This document shows, piece by piece, positions 9,368 through 18,051 of a stretch of DNA of 64,000 bases (the first letter of the stretch is position 1; the number at the start of each line of letters is the position of its first letter). This stretch comes from Myxococcota bacterium (GTDB lineage: Bacteria; Myxococcota_A; Polyangia; Nannocystales; Nannocystaceae). The DNA is taken from positions 96,001 through 160,000 of the forward strand of contig JBCCHT010000022.1 in NCBI GenBank assembly GCA_039028615.1. Reading direction: 5' to 3'. The notes beneath the pieces are model-generated. The model saw only the letters and a list, made by a program, of their open reading frames with translations. It made no database searches and was not told the DNA's origin. Position numbers and translations under genes: made by a program.

Positions 9368-10894
9368 TCAGGCCGAGGCGGCGCGACGCAGGCGAATGAC
9401 GAACCGTGCGCCACCCAGCGGTGACGCGTCGATCCAAATCTCGCCGCCGTGGTCGAGCACGATCTTCTTGACGATGGCCAGCCCCAGCCCGGTGCCGGAC
9501 TTACGCGAGGTCTCGTAAGGCTCGAAGACCCTCTCGCGCTGCTCGGCCGGGATGCCGGGGCCGTTGTCGTCGACGGACACCACGACGAACTCGGGGTCGA
9601 CCTTGGCGCTCACCTCGACCTTGACCCCGCCCGGCTGCACCTCGCGCGCCGAGAGCACGGCGTTCTCCACGAGGTTCACCAGCGCTTGCTTGAGCAGCTG
9701 GCGGTCGGCCATGACCTCGGGGTCCTCGTCCGGCACGAGCACGCGCAGCTCGCCGCCTTCGTCCTCGCCCAGGTGACCGTAGGCCCGCTCGAACTCTCCG
9801 AGCACCCGCGACAAGGGCTCCGAGGCCAGGCGTACCTGCGGCACCTTGGCGAACTGCGAGAAGCTGGAGACCATGCGTCGCAGGCCTTCGACCTCGTCTT
9901 CGACGATCTCGACCGAGGTCCGCAGCATGGCGGAAAAGCGAGGATCGAGCCCAGGGTCCTTCTCGCGCAGCTGCTGCACCGCCAGCTGGATGGGCGTCAG
10001 AGGGTTTTTGATCTCGTGGGCGATGCGCCGCGCCATGCCCTGCCACGCGCCGATGCGCTGGAGGTAGGCGACCCGCTGCTGGGCCTGGGCGAGCTCGTCG
10101 AGCATGAGGTTGAAGGCGCGCGCGAGCGAGGCCAGCTCGTCGCGGCCTTGCGCGGCCGCCCGCACGTCGAGGTCTCCCTCCGCCACGCGGGCCATCGCTC
10201 GAGACAGCTCGGTCGCCCGCCGTGTGGTGGCCCGCGCCACGACCACGCCCGCCGCGATGGCCACCAGCAGCACGAGCAGGCCCGCGACGAGCACGACCTC
10301 GATGACCGCTTCTTCGACGACGCTCTGATCGCTGCGCTGAGCCTCGATCTCCCGCTGTCGCTGCCCCAGCGCCTGGTAGCGACGATCGATGGCGGGATCG
10401 ATGCCGAACACCACCCGGAGCTCACCCGCGCTGTCCCCCTCTCCCTCGGCCGCGGGCAAGGGCACGGCGACGTCGTAGGTCTGCCATTGTTCGTCCTCGT
10501 CGACGACCAGGCGCCGCACTTCGTAGGTCCGGCCCGTGCGCGCGCGGAACCCCAGCTCGCGGACATCGGGCTCGCGCTGGAACACGGCCTCGAGCACTGG
10601 TTTGGGCTCGGTGCCCAGGGCGGGCAAGGTCAGCGCGATGAGCCGCGCCCGCGACTCGAAGGCCGTGATGTGGGCCTCGATGAGCTCGCGATGGACGGGC
10701 TCGACGTCGCGGGTGAGCTGTCGGCTCTGCTCGAGGCTCTCGACCAGGCGGGCGTCGAAGTAGTCGACCGACAGCCTCGCGACGTACAGCGACGCCCCCA
10801 CGCTGATGACCCCCAAGACCACCAGCGCCGCGGCGACCCGGACGCCCAGGCGGCCCCACAGAGGGATCGGCGTCAGCAATCGCGGCTCGCTCAT
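9368..10894 (-). CDS. Membrane HAMP-domain sensor histidine kinase (NtrY-like)
   Basis: Two TM helices; HAMP (GRDELASLARAFNLM); H-box ARRIAHEIKNPLTPIQL; NLVENA; DDNGPG; GTGLGL. Confidence 0.93.
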   Translation of the reverse strand: MSEPRLLTPIPLWGRLGVRVAAALVVLGVISVGASLYVARLSVDYFDARLVESLEQSRQLTRDVEPVHRELIEAHITAFESRARLIALTLPALGTEPKPVLEAVFQREPDVRELGFRARTGRTYEVRRLVVDEDEQWQTYDVAVPLPAAEGEGDSAGELRVVFGIDPAIDRRYQALGQRQREIEAQRSDQSVVEEAVIEVVLVAGLLVLLVAIAAGVVVARATTRRATELSRAMARVAEGDLDVRAAAQGRDELASLARAFNLMLDELAQAQQRVAYLQRIGAWQGMARRIAHEIKNPLTPIQLAVQQLREKDPGLDPRFSAMLRTSVEIVEDEVEGLRRMVSSFSQFAKVPQVRLASEPLSRVLGEFERAYGHLGEDEGGELRVLVPDEDPEVMADRQLLKQALVNLVENAVLSAREVQPGGVKVEVSAKVDPEFVVVSVDDNGPGIPAEQRERVFEPYETSRKSGTGLGLAIVKKIVLDHGGEIWIDASPLGGARFVIRLRRAASA

Positions 10895-11553
10895 CGGGGC
10901 ACCAGGAAGAACGGGTTGGTGCGAACGTGCACGACCTTCTCGGCCTTGGCTCGCTCTCCGGCCAGGGTCTCGACCAAGCGCCGAAACCACTCGGCGTCAC
11001 GGCCCTGGCCGCGATGGGTCTCGGTACCTCGACCTCCGCCCCGCCCCCGTCGCAAGGGGTTGCGCATGGCCACGATCTCGACGAAGTAAAACGGCCCCGC
11101 GTCGCCGCCCCGCGTGAGCAACGAGGCGGAGCAGACCTTGATGCCATCGAGGGTCACCGCCGCCGCGATGGCGTCGGAGCGCTTGGTGAAGCTGCGCTTG
11201 CTCCACCCCGAGCTGCCCTTGGTGCGCAGCAGGTAGTGCTTCTTCCACGGGTCACGCCGCAGCTTCATCACCACCGTGCGAGTGGCCACGCGCTGCCGGG
11301 TCCCGTGCTCCCAGACCCGCAGCGTGTACTCCATGGTGGTGTCGAAGCCGGAGTCGATGGAGTCGAGCGCCTCTTGGTCGTTGGCCCGGATGAGCGCGGG
11401 CAGGCTCACCGTCATCTGGATGGAGTTGCCGACCTCGGTGAACTCGGCCGACTTCTGGACGAGGCTCTCGGGGCGCACGAACGCCACCAAGGGCAGGCTG
11501 AGCAGGCCCCCGAGGATGGTCCGACGACGCAAGGACGGCCCGGGCCCGCTCAT
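10891..11553 (-). CDS. Exported DUF4390-like protein
   Basis: ATG at 11553 overlaps the upstream stop (ATGA). RRRTILGG signal-like N-terminus; IDSGFDTTMEYTL...DPWKKHY pattern. Coupled to the kinase downstream. Confidence 0.55.
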   Translation of the reverse strand: MSGPGPSLRRRTILGGLLSLPLVAFVRPESLVQKSAEFTEVGNSIQMTVSLPALIRANDQEALDSIDSGFDTTMEYTLRVWEHGTRQRVATRTVVMKLRRDPWKKHYLLRTKGSSGWSKRSFTKRSDAIAAAVTLDGIKVCSASLLTRGGDAGPFYFVEIVAMRNPLRRGRGGGRGTETHRGQGRDAEWFRRLVETLAGERAKAEKVVHVRTNPFFLVPR

Positions 11554-13037
11554 AGCGGGGTCCTCCGCAGGACGTTGCCGATCGACACGTTGAAGGTGCC
11601 GAGCGCGGTGTCGAGGCGCAGGCCGAGGTCGGCCGCGGCTCCGATGGGCACCCGGGCCTCGTTCGCGGCTCGCCGACGACGGCGCTCGTCGGCATTGCCG
11701 ACTAGGGTGAAGACCCCGAGAGAAAGGTAGAGGTCGCCTCCGTACACACCGCGGGTTCGAGTCCGACGGAACAGCGGCCAGGCGTATTCGAGATCGACGC
11801 GCCCGAACAGGTCGCCGTACTCGCGGTTGTCGATCCCGGTGCCGAACACGTCGAAGGGATTGCGCGTCGAATAGCGCAAGCCCTGCGTGCGGCCCGGGGT
11901 CCAGGCGCTGAGATCGCCCGAGTAGAAGCGTTCGAATAGCGGTGCCCGGCCGCCGATCTGCCCGCCCGACGCCCGTGGGGTCAGCCAGTGTCGCCAGGGC
12001 AGGCGGAAGCTGTAGGCCCCCGCCGCCACGAGCTTGATGTAGTCGTACTCGGATCCGGTCGCGCCCGACGAGGCCCGAATGTCGAGCACCACGCGACCGC
12101 CCTTGCCCGCCAAGAACAGCTCGTCGCGACCATCGTAGGTGAAGCTGAAGTCGACGGCGGTGTGCCGATGGGTGCCGTCGAGCAGGTCGAGGTCGAGCTC
12201 GTGCACGACCCCCGCTTCGTCCACCCGCACCGGGTTGGCGGGCAAGAAGGACTCGATGCGTTCGAAGGTGTAGTCGGCCGCGACCTCGAGCCGGGAAGTC
12301 AGCGGGAAGCTCAGGCCGACCTGGCCGCCGATGCGGTCGTACTCGAAGGTCTGAAACAGGGTCGGGGTGGGATCGTCCTCGGCCCCGGCCACGCGGTAGG
12401 GCTCGCTCGCGGAGATGAACCAACCACTGGCCAGCACCCCCAAGGGAGCGGAGCGCAATCGCGGTGCCTCGGCGAAGACCTTGTAGGCCTGCTGGCGCCG
12501 CGACCGGGCGATGCGCGGCTGGGCGCCCCACACCAGCGCGCCGCCGAGCAGCACGCCACGCCCGAGGAAATTGCGCTCGGCCAGCGCGATGCCGCCGTGG
12601 AAGGGCGTGAGGGCCGAGGTGCCGAGATAGACATCGGACACCGACACCGTGCTGCGCTCCACGACGTCGACCGACAGCTCGACCCGCGTCAGGTCGTCGG
12701 GCAGCGGCACCACGCGCAGGGTGACCCGCTTGAAGTAGCCGGTCGCGCGCAGGCGATTGCGGACCCGGTCGACGCGCTCATCGTCGGGCCAGACCAGCTC
12801 CGTGCCCGCGACCAGTCCCTCGCGCTCGAGGATGGTCATGATCTGCCGCTCGGAGACCTGCTCGCGCCCGGTGATCACCACCCGCTCGACGAGCAACACC
12901 CGGCGTCGATCATCGAGGCGCTCGGGACCCGAGGCGTCGTCGTGATCGGCGAGGGTGACGGCCCAGGGTGATGCCCCGGCCGACGAGTTTGTGATCAACA
13001 ATCCAAAGAGCGCACCCAGCAGGGCCGCCCACGCCAC
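11550..13037 (-). CDS. BamA/TamA (Omp85) family outer-membrane protein with a single POTRA domain
   Basis: VERVVITGREQV...RLRATGYFKRV...VDVVER POTRA; ERNFLGRG; beta-strand-rich C-terminus with LFERFYSG. Start uncertain, up to 13208. Confidence 0.75.
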   Translation of the reverse strand: MAWAALLGALFGLLITNSSAGASPWAVTLADHDDASGPERLDDRRRVLLVERVVITGREQVSERQIMTILEREGLVAGTELVWPDDERVDRVRNRLRATGYFKRVTLRVVPLPDDLTRVELSVDVVERSTVSVSDVYLGTSALTPFHGGIALAERNFLGRGVLLGGALVWGAQPRIARSRRQQAYKVFAEAPRLRSAPLGVLASGWFISASEPYRVAGAEDDPTPTLFQTFEYDRIGGQVGLSFPLTSRLEVAADYTFERIESFLPANPVRVDEAGVVHELDLDLLDGTHRHTAVDFSFTYDGRDELFLAGKGGRVVLDIRASSGATGSEYDYIKLVAAGAYSFRLPWRHWLTPRASGGQIGGRAPLFERFYSGDLSAWTPGRTQGLRYSTRNPFDVFGTGIDNREYGDLFGRVDLEYAWPLFRRTRTRGVYGGDLYLSLGVFTLVGNADERRRRRAANEARVPIGAAADLGLRLDTALGTFNVSIGNVLRRTPL

Positions 13038-13263
13038 GCGCCACGGTGCTCTCCCCTCGTGCCGCCGGGCACGGAGCGGGGGGTTCGAGGCCGGACCTTG
13101 GGGGCCACGGGCCGGAGGGCGGGGTGAGCCGAGGCGCACGGGAGCCAAGGATACTCGACCGTCCCCCCGGGCCACTGCGGCCCGCCGCACGCCGCCCCCA
13201 TGCCCCACAAATGCTCAGCGGCGCAGGCGTGTGCCGCTGCTATGCTTGGCGCGCCGGCTCTTG

Positions 13264-13650
13264 ATGCGCATCGTCTACATCGAGGACAACCCCGCGAATT
13301 TCGTGCTCGTGCGAAAGGTCCTGGAGACCGACCGCGAGTACGTCGTGGAGCAAGCGCAATCGGCCGAAATCGGCTGGGAACGCATCATCGCCGCGCCGCC
13401 GCGACTCATCCTGCTGGACATCGACCTGCCGGGAATGTCCGGGCTCGAGATGGCCCGCCAGCTCAAGAGTGACGACCGGACCAAGGCGATCCCCATCGTG
13501 GCGATCAGTGCCAGCGTCATGAAAGAAGAGCGCGGTCAGGCGCTCGACGCTGGCTGCCTGTGGTTCATCGAGAAGCCCTTCGACATCGGGGAGCTGCGCC
13601 GCGTGGTTCGCGAGGCCATCGCCGGTCGCGACCCCGGGGCGAGCGCCTGA
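13264..13650 (+). CDS. Single-domain response regulator (CheY/DivK-like)
   Basis: IVYIEDN, ILLDIDLPGMSG, AISA and IEKPF. Confidence 0.92.
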   Translation: MRIVYIEDNPANFVLVRKVLETDREYVVEQAQSAEIGWERIIAAPPRLILLDIDLPGMSGLEMARQLKSDDRTKAIPIVAISASVMKEERGQALDAGCLWFIEKPFDIGELRRVVREAIAGRDPGASA

Positions 13651-13654
13651 CCCC

Positions 13655-14407
13655 TCAGCCCTGCCGTCGCTGACGAAGCACCACCTCGAGCTCGGCGAGC
13701 TGCGCCTTGGTGTTCACGCCCGCCGCTTCGATGGGATCGATCTCCACCGCCGCCACTTCGCCCCGCGCCGCGGCCAGCTCGACCAGATCGGTCAGGTAGA
13801 TCTCCCCCTGGGCGTTGTTCCGCCCCAGCCGCGGGAGATCGGCCGTCAGGTGCTCGAGCTGCACCGCGTAGGTGCCTGCGTTGCACTCGCGGACCTTTCG
13901 CTCGTCCTCGCTGGCGTCTCGGTCCTCGCGGATGCACTGCACCCGGCCCTGCTCGTCGCGAAGGATCCGCCCGTAGCCGGTGAGTTCGTCGGGGCGGAAG
14001 GTCGTGAGCGCGACGCCGGAGTCGACCTCGCGGCAGCGCTTGGCCAGCGCCTGCACCGTCTGCGCCGTGAGCAACGGGACATCACCGCTGAGCACCAGCG
14101 CGATGCCGGTCGCATCGCCGAGCGCAGGCAGGCCGCACATCACCGCGTGGCCCGTACCGAGCTGTTCCTCTTGGGTGGCAAACGACAGCCAGGCGTTGTC
14201 GTCGTCGACGCGGGCGGAGACTTCCTGCCGCACGCGGTCGCCCTCGTAGCCCACCACCACCACCACTCGGGTGGCCCCGGCCGCACGCGCCGCCTCGATG
14301 GGGAACATCACCAGCGGCGTGCCATCGATGGGATGCAGCACCTTGGGCAGGTCCGATTCCATGCGGGTGCCCTTACCCGCGGCGAGAATGATGGCGACCA
14401 GGCTCAT
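13655..14407 (-). CDS. NTP-transferase, GlmU N-terminal (uridyltransferase) domain only
   Basis: ILAAGKGTRMESDLPKVLH, QLGTGHAV, SGDVPL, GYGRI, NNAQGEIYLTD and GVN. The ORF ends without the hexapeptide acetyltransferase domain. Confidence 0.85.
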   Translation of the reverse strand: MSLVAIILAAGKGTRMESDLPKVLHPIDGTPLVMFPIEAARAAGATRVVVVVGYEGDRVRQEVSARVDDDNAWLSFATQEEQLGTGHAVMCGLPALGDATGIALVLSGDVPLLTAQTVQALAKRCREVDSGVALTTFRPDELTGYGRILRDEQGRVQCIREDRDASEDERKVRECNAGTYAVQLEHLTADLPRLGRNNAQGEIYLTDLVELAAARGEVAAVEIDPIEAAGVNTKAQLAELEVVLRQRRQG

Positions 14408-14458
14408 TGCCCGGACCTTACCAGCCCGGGGTGACCCTGGCGCGGCGCCGGGCCGCAA

Positions 14459-14911
14459 TCACTCTCGATCCATGTTCACGGTGCGAATGGTGACCTGGGC
14501 CTCGCTGAACATCTCATTGCTCATGTCGAAGTCTTCGCGCCAGCGCTCGGGGATTTCGAGATCGGCGGGATAGAGCACCGTGTGCACGCCGGCCTGAATG
14601 AGCGAGCGCGCGCACCGGGTGCAGGGCGGCCAGGTGACGTAGGCGCTGCAGTCCTTGAGAGACACCCCGATCCGCGCCGCGTGCATGATCGCGTTCTCCT
14701 CGGCGTGACAAATGAACGGGTACTTGAGCGCGCGATCGGTCAGTCGCTTGGGCGAGTCGTCGATGCCCCGGGGAAACCCGTTGAACCCGGTACTTCGAAT
14801 CTCGCGGTCGGGGCCCACGACCACGCAGCCCACCTGCGTCGAGGGGTCCTTGCTCCACCCCGCGATGTGATGGGCCAGCTCGAGGAAGCGACGATCCCAC
14901 TTTTCGCTCAT
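14459..14911 (-). CDS. dCMP deaminase family protein
   Basis: SKDPSTQVG, GFNGFP, HAEENAI and PCTRC zinc motifs. Confidence 0.92.
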   Translation of the reverse strand: MSEKWDRRFLELAHHIAGWSKDPSTQVGCVVVGPDREIRSTGFNGFPRGIDDSPKRLTDRALKYPFICHAEENAIMHAARIGVSLKDCSAYVTWPPCTRCARSLIQAGVHTVLYPADLEIPERWREDFDMSNEMFSEAQVTIRTVNMDRE

Positions 14912-14943
14912 GAGGCGCCAAGCATGGCCCACTCGACTGGCTC

Positions 14944-17900
14944 GTGTCACCATGGGTCGCCATGGGCCAGGTCCCCTTGCCGCCGTCCTGGCTGACCCGC
15001 CTGCGCCACGCGGCCCACAACGACCGAGCGGCGGTGGTCGAGACCGCGCCCGAGCCGTGGCGCCCCGCCCTGCATGGTCTGTGCGCCGGTCCACAGCCCG
15101 AGGAGGCCCTCGGCCGCGCCGAAGGCCTGCCCCCTGCCCTGCTGCAACGACCGTGGTCCGAAGCGCTGTCGCGGCTGCTGCACGAGGGCAGCTACGTGGC
15201 CCGGTTGGTGGCGCTGCACCCTCCCGCCGTCGACGACATCGAAGATCCCGCGTTCGATCCCCGGGCCGCCCTGCGCCAGCACCCCGGCTCGATCGACGAA
15301 GCCCTCGGTCACGTGCGAACCCGGGAGTACCTGCGCCTGGCCCATCGCGAGGTCCAGGGCGCTCCCGTCGAGGACGTGGGCGGGGCGCTGAGCGAGCTGG
15401 TCTCGGCCTGCTTGGAGTTCCTGCTCGAGGCGCTCGGACTCGCCGACCAGGTCGTGGTGTTCGGCATGGGCAAGCTGGGCGGCGCGGAGCTCAACTTCCT
15501 CAGCGACATCGATCTCATCTTCGTGCACGACGATGGCGTCGGCATCGATCCCGACGACGATGAAGCGCCCGACGAGACGAAGCGACGGCGAGCGGTCGTC
15601 GATCTGCACGGGCGCCTGCGCCAGCTGGTACGGCACCTCGAGGGGCAAGGGCGCTGGCGGCCGCTGTTCCGCGTCGATCTTCGCCTCCGCCCCTTCGGCA
15701 GCCGCGGCCCGCTGTCGACGTCGGTCTCCGCCACCGAGGCCTACTACGAGCGCCACGGCCGAGCGTGGGAACGCCAGGTCTGGCTGCGCGCCCACCCGCT
15801 CGCGGGGCGCATCGACCTCGGGCAGCTGCTGCTGCGCCGCCTCACTCCCTTCGTCTATCGCCGCTCCGTCGGCCCGGAGATCTTCGGCGAGATCGAAGAC
15901 ATGATGCGAAGGGCCCGGCGCGAGGCCAAGCGCGTGGGCGGTGACGACCAGGACGTCGACCTCAAGCTCGACAGCGGAGGCATCCGCGAGGTCGAGTTCA
16001 CCATCCAGGCGCTGCAGCTGCTGCACGGCGGCCGCAACCCCAGCGTACGCAACACCAGCACCCTGCCCGCACTCGATCGGCTGGCGGCGGCGGGCCTGGT
16101 GAGCGACCGAGAGCATCGCGACTTGGCCGAGGCCTATCGCTGGCTGCGTCGGGTCGAGCATCGGGTTCAGCTGGCCGAGGGCCAACAGACGCACACCCTG
16201 CCCGGCGAAGAGACCACCCGGGCCCTGCTCGCGCGGCGCCTGGCGTGGCCGCAGCCCGAGTCGGGAGCGCAGCTCGGCCTCGCCCTGTCCCGCCACCGCG
16301 AGCAGGTCCGCATGGTCGCGCAGACGCTGGCGGGCGGCGAGGAGCACGACGATCCGCTCGCCCGCGATCGCAGCCTGATCCTCGACGAAGGTGCACCGCG
16401 AGCCGATCGTTGCGACGCCCTGGCCCGCCTCGGCGTGCACGATCCCGCCGAGACCGAAGCACGCCTCGAGCACCTGCAATCGCGTCCCGAGGGCCCGTTC
16501 TCCGCCCGCGGGGCGGCGCGGCAGGGTGCGGAGAACCTGCTGCGCGCGTGCCTCGACAGTGCCGACCCCGATGCCGCCGTGACCCGCCTGGTCGAGCTGA
16601 CCGCATCCCGGCCCGCGCACTACGGGATCTGGCGGGCCTTCGCCGAACCCAGCCCCGCCGGTCTCGACCTGCTGCGGCTCACCGGAGAGCTGCTGGGCGC
16701 CAGCGAACCGCTCAGCCGCGGCCTCATCGGTTTCCCCCCCGGGCGCTCCACCGGCTCGCGCAATCAGACGCAGCCCGACTTCTTGCTCGGGCTGCTCCAG
16801 CGCGCCAGCGAGCCGACCCTGCCCCACCTGCGCACGCTCACCGCCGATCTTCGTCGCCAGCGGCCCGACCCTCGCGGCCTCGATGCGACGCTGCTGCACT
16901 TCAAGCACGAACAGCTCGTCCGCATCGGCCTGCACGATCTGGGGCAGCGACCCGATCCGCTCGCCGTGGGCCGAGCCGTGTCCGACGTCGCCGACCTCGT
17001 GCTCCGCATGCTGCTGCGGGACCTCGCCGCGCAGGTGGGCCCCGGCCCGGGCTTCGACCTCGCCGTGCTCGCCGTGGGCAAGCACGGCATGCAGGCGATG
17101 GACTACGGATCGGATCTCGATCTGATGTTCGTGTTCGAGGCCACCGACGACCGGTCGGCCCACGAAGCGCAGAGCCGAGCCACCCGACTCGCCCAACAGC
17201 TGATGGCGCGACTGGGCAGCCGCGCCCTGGGTCCGCGCCTTTACGAAGTCGACATGCGCCTGCGCCCTTCGGGCCGCAAGGGCCTGCTGGTCACCTCGCG
17301 CAGCGGCTTTTCGCGCTACCACGCCCGGAAGGTCGCGGTGTGGGAGCGCCTGGCCTTGTTGCGCATGCGGGCCGTCGCCGAGATCCGGGTGGGCGAGACC
17401 GGCCTGGTCAGCCCCAGCCCCGACGAAGACGCCCCGCCCTCCCGGCCCGGCGATCGGATCTCGGCCGCGATCGCGGGGTCGCTGTCGGCCGCGATCGAGG
17501 ACATCGTGAGCGAGACCCTCGGCTGGCGGCAAACCTCCGATCACCCCGCCCCCAGCCCCGACGAGGTCCGCCAGCAGACCCGTCGACTCAAGGGCCGGAT
17601 CGAAGAAGAACTCGCGCGCGAAAACCGCAAAACCGGCTGGTACAACGCCAAAACCGGCCATGGAGGCTGCCTCGAGCTCGAATTGCTCGTCGCGGCACTC
17701 CAGCTCGTCCACGGCCCGCGGCACCCCGGCACCCGGGCTCGCGGCATCCTCGGTGCAGTCGAGGGGCTGGCCGACGCCGGCTGCATCGATGCCCCCGAGG
17801 CTAACGCGTTATGCGCGGATTACCGCTTCCTTCGCTCCCTGCTCAACCGCCTCCGCATGAGCCCGGGCAGCCGCAGCCAGGACCCGGACCGGTTCTCGGA

Positions 17901-18027
17901 AAACTCTCCCCGACTGGACACCCTTGCGCGTAGGATGGGGTTCGCAGGACGTGCGGACCTGACGCAGCGTTTCCACGACGCCCGCAAACGCGTGCGCGCG
18001 GCCTTTGATCACCACCTTCGAGACTAG
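14944..18027 (+). CDS. glnE: Glutamine synthetase adenylyltransferase/adenylyl-removing enzyme
   Basis: Two nucleotidyltransferase domains: GMGKLGGAELNFLSDIDLIF...RVDLRLRPFG...WERQ...GGIREVEF and GKHGMQAMDYGSDLDLMF...EVDMRLRPSGRKG...WER. Start approximate. Confidence 0.9.
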   Translation: MSPWVAMGQVPLPPSWLTRLRHAAHNDRAAVVETAPEPWRPALHGLCAGPQPEEALGRAEGLPPALLQRPWSEALSRLLHEGSYVARLVALHPPAVDDIEDPAFDPRAALRQHPGSIDEALGHVRTREYLRLAHREVQGAPVEDVGGALSELVSACLEFLLEALGLADQVVVFGMGKLGGAELNFLSDIDLIFVHDDGVGIDPDDDEAPDETKRRRAVVDLHGRLRQLVRHLEGQGRWRPLFRVDLRLRPFGSRGPLSTSVSATEAYYERHGRAWERQVWLRAHPLAGRIDLGQLLLRRLTPFVYRRSVGPEIFGEIEDMMRRARREAKRVGGDDQDVDLKLDSGGIREVEFTIQALQLLHGGRNPSVRNTSTLPALDRLAAAGLVSDREHRDLAEAYRWLRRVEHRVQLAEGQQTHTLPGEETTRALLARRLAWPQPESGAQLGLALSRHREQVRMVAQTLAGGEEHDDPLARDRSLILDEGAPRADRCDALARLGVHDPAETEARLEHLQSRPEGPFSARGAARQGAENLLRACLDSADPDAAVTRLVELTASRPAHYGIWRAFAEPSPAGLDLLRLTGELLGASEPLSRGLIGFPPGRSTGSRNQTQPDFLLGLLQRASEPTLPHLRTLTADLRRQRPDPRGLDATLLHFKHEQLVRIGLHDLGQRPDPLAVGRAVSDVADLVLRMLLRDLAAQVGPGPGFDLAVLAVGKHGMQAMDYGSDLDLMFVFEATDDRSAHEAQSRATRLAQQLMARLGSRALGPRLYEVDMRLRPSGRKGLLVTSRSGFSRYHARKVAVWERLALLRMRAVAEIRVGETGLVSPSPDEDAPPSRPGDRISAAIAGSLSAAIEDIVSETLGWRQTSDHPAPSPDEVRQQTRRLKGRIEEELARENRKTGWYNAKTGHGGCLELELLVAALQLVHGPRHPGTRARGILGAVEGLADAGCIDAPEANALCADYRFLRSLLNRLRMSPGSRSQDPDRFSENSPRLDTLARRMGFAGRADLTQRFHDARKRVRAAFDHHLRD

Positions 18028-18051
18028 GCTCTCCTCTCCCTCGAATCGTCC

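Noticed and set aside
10891..12531. 546-aa ORF as a single protein or a frameshift fusion with the Omp85 gene
   Set aside because: Only the part from ATG 11553 looks protein-like, and the ATGA overlap indicates ordinary translational coupling.
14459..14911. dCMP deaminase as an anti-phage dCTP deaminase
   Set aside because: It is a short single-domain enzyme without the N-terminal kinase-like domain, in a housekeeping context.
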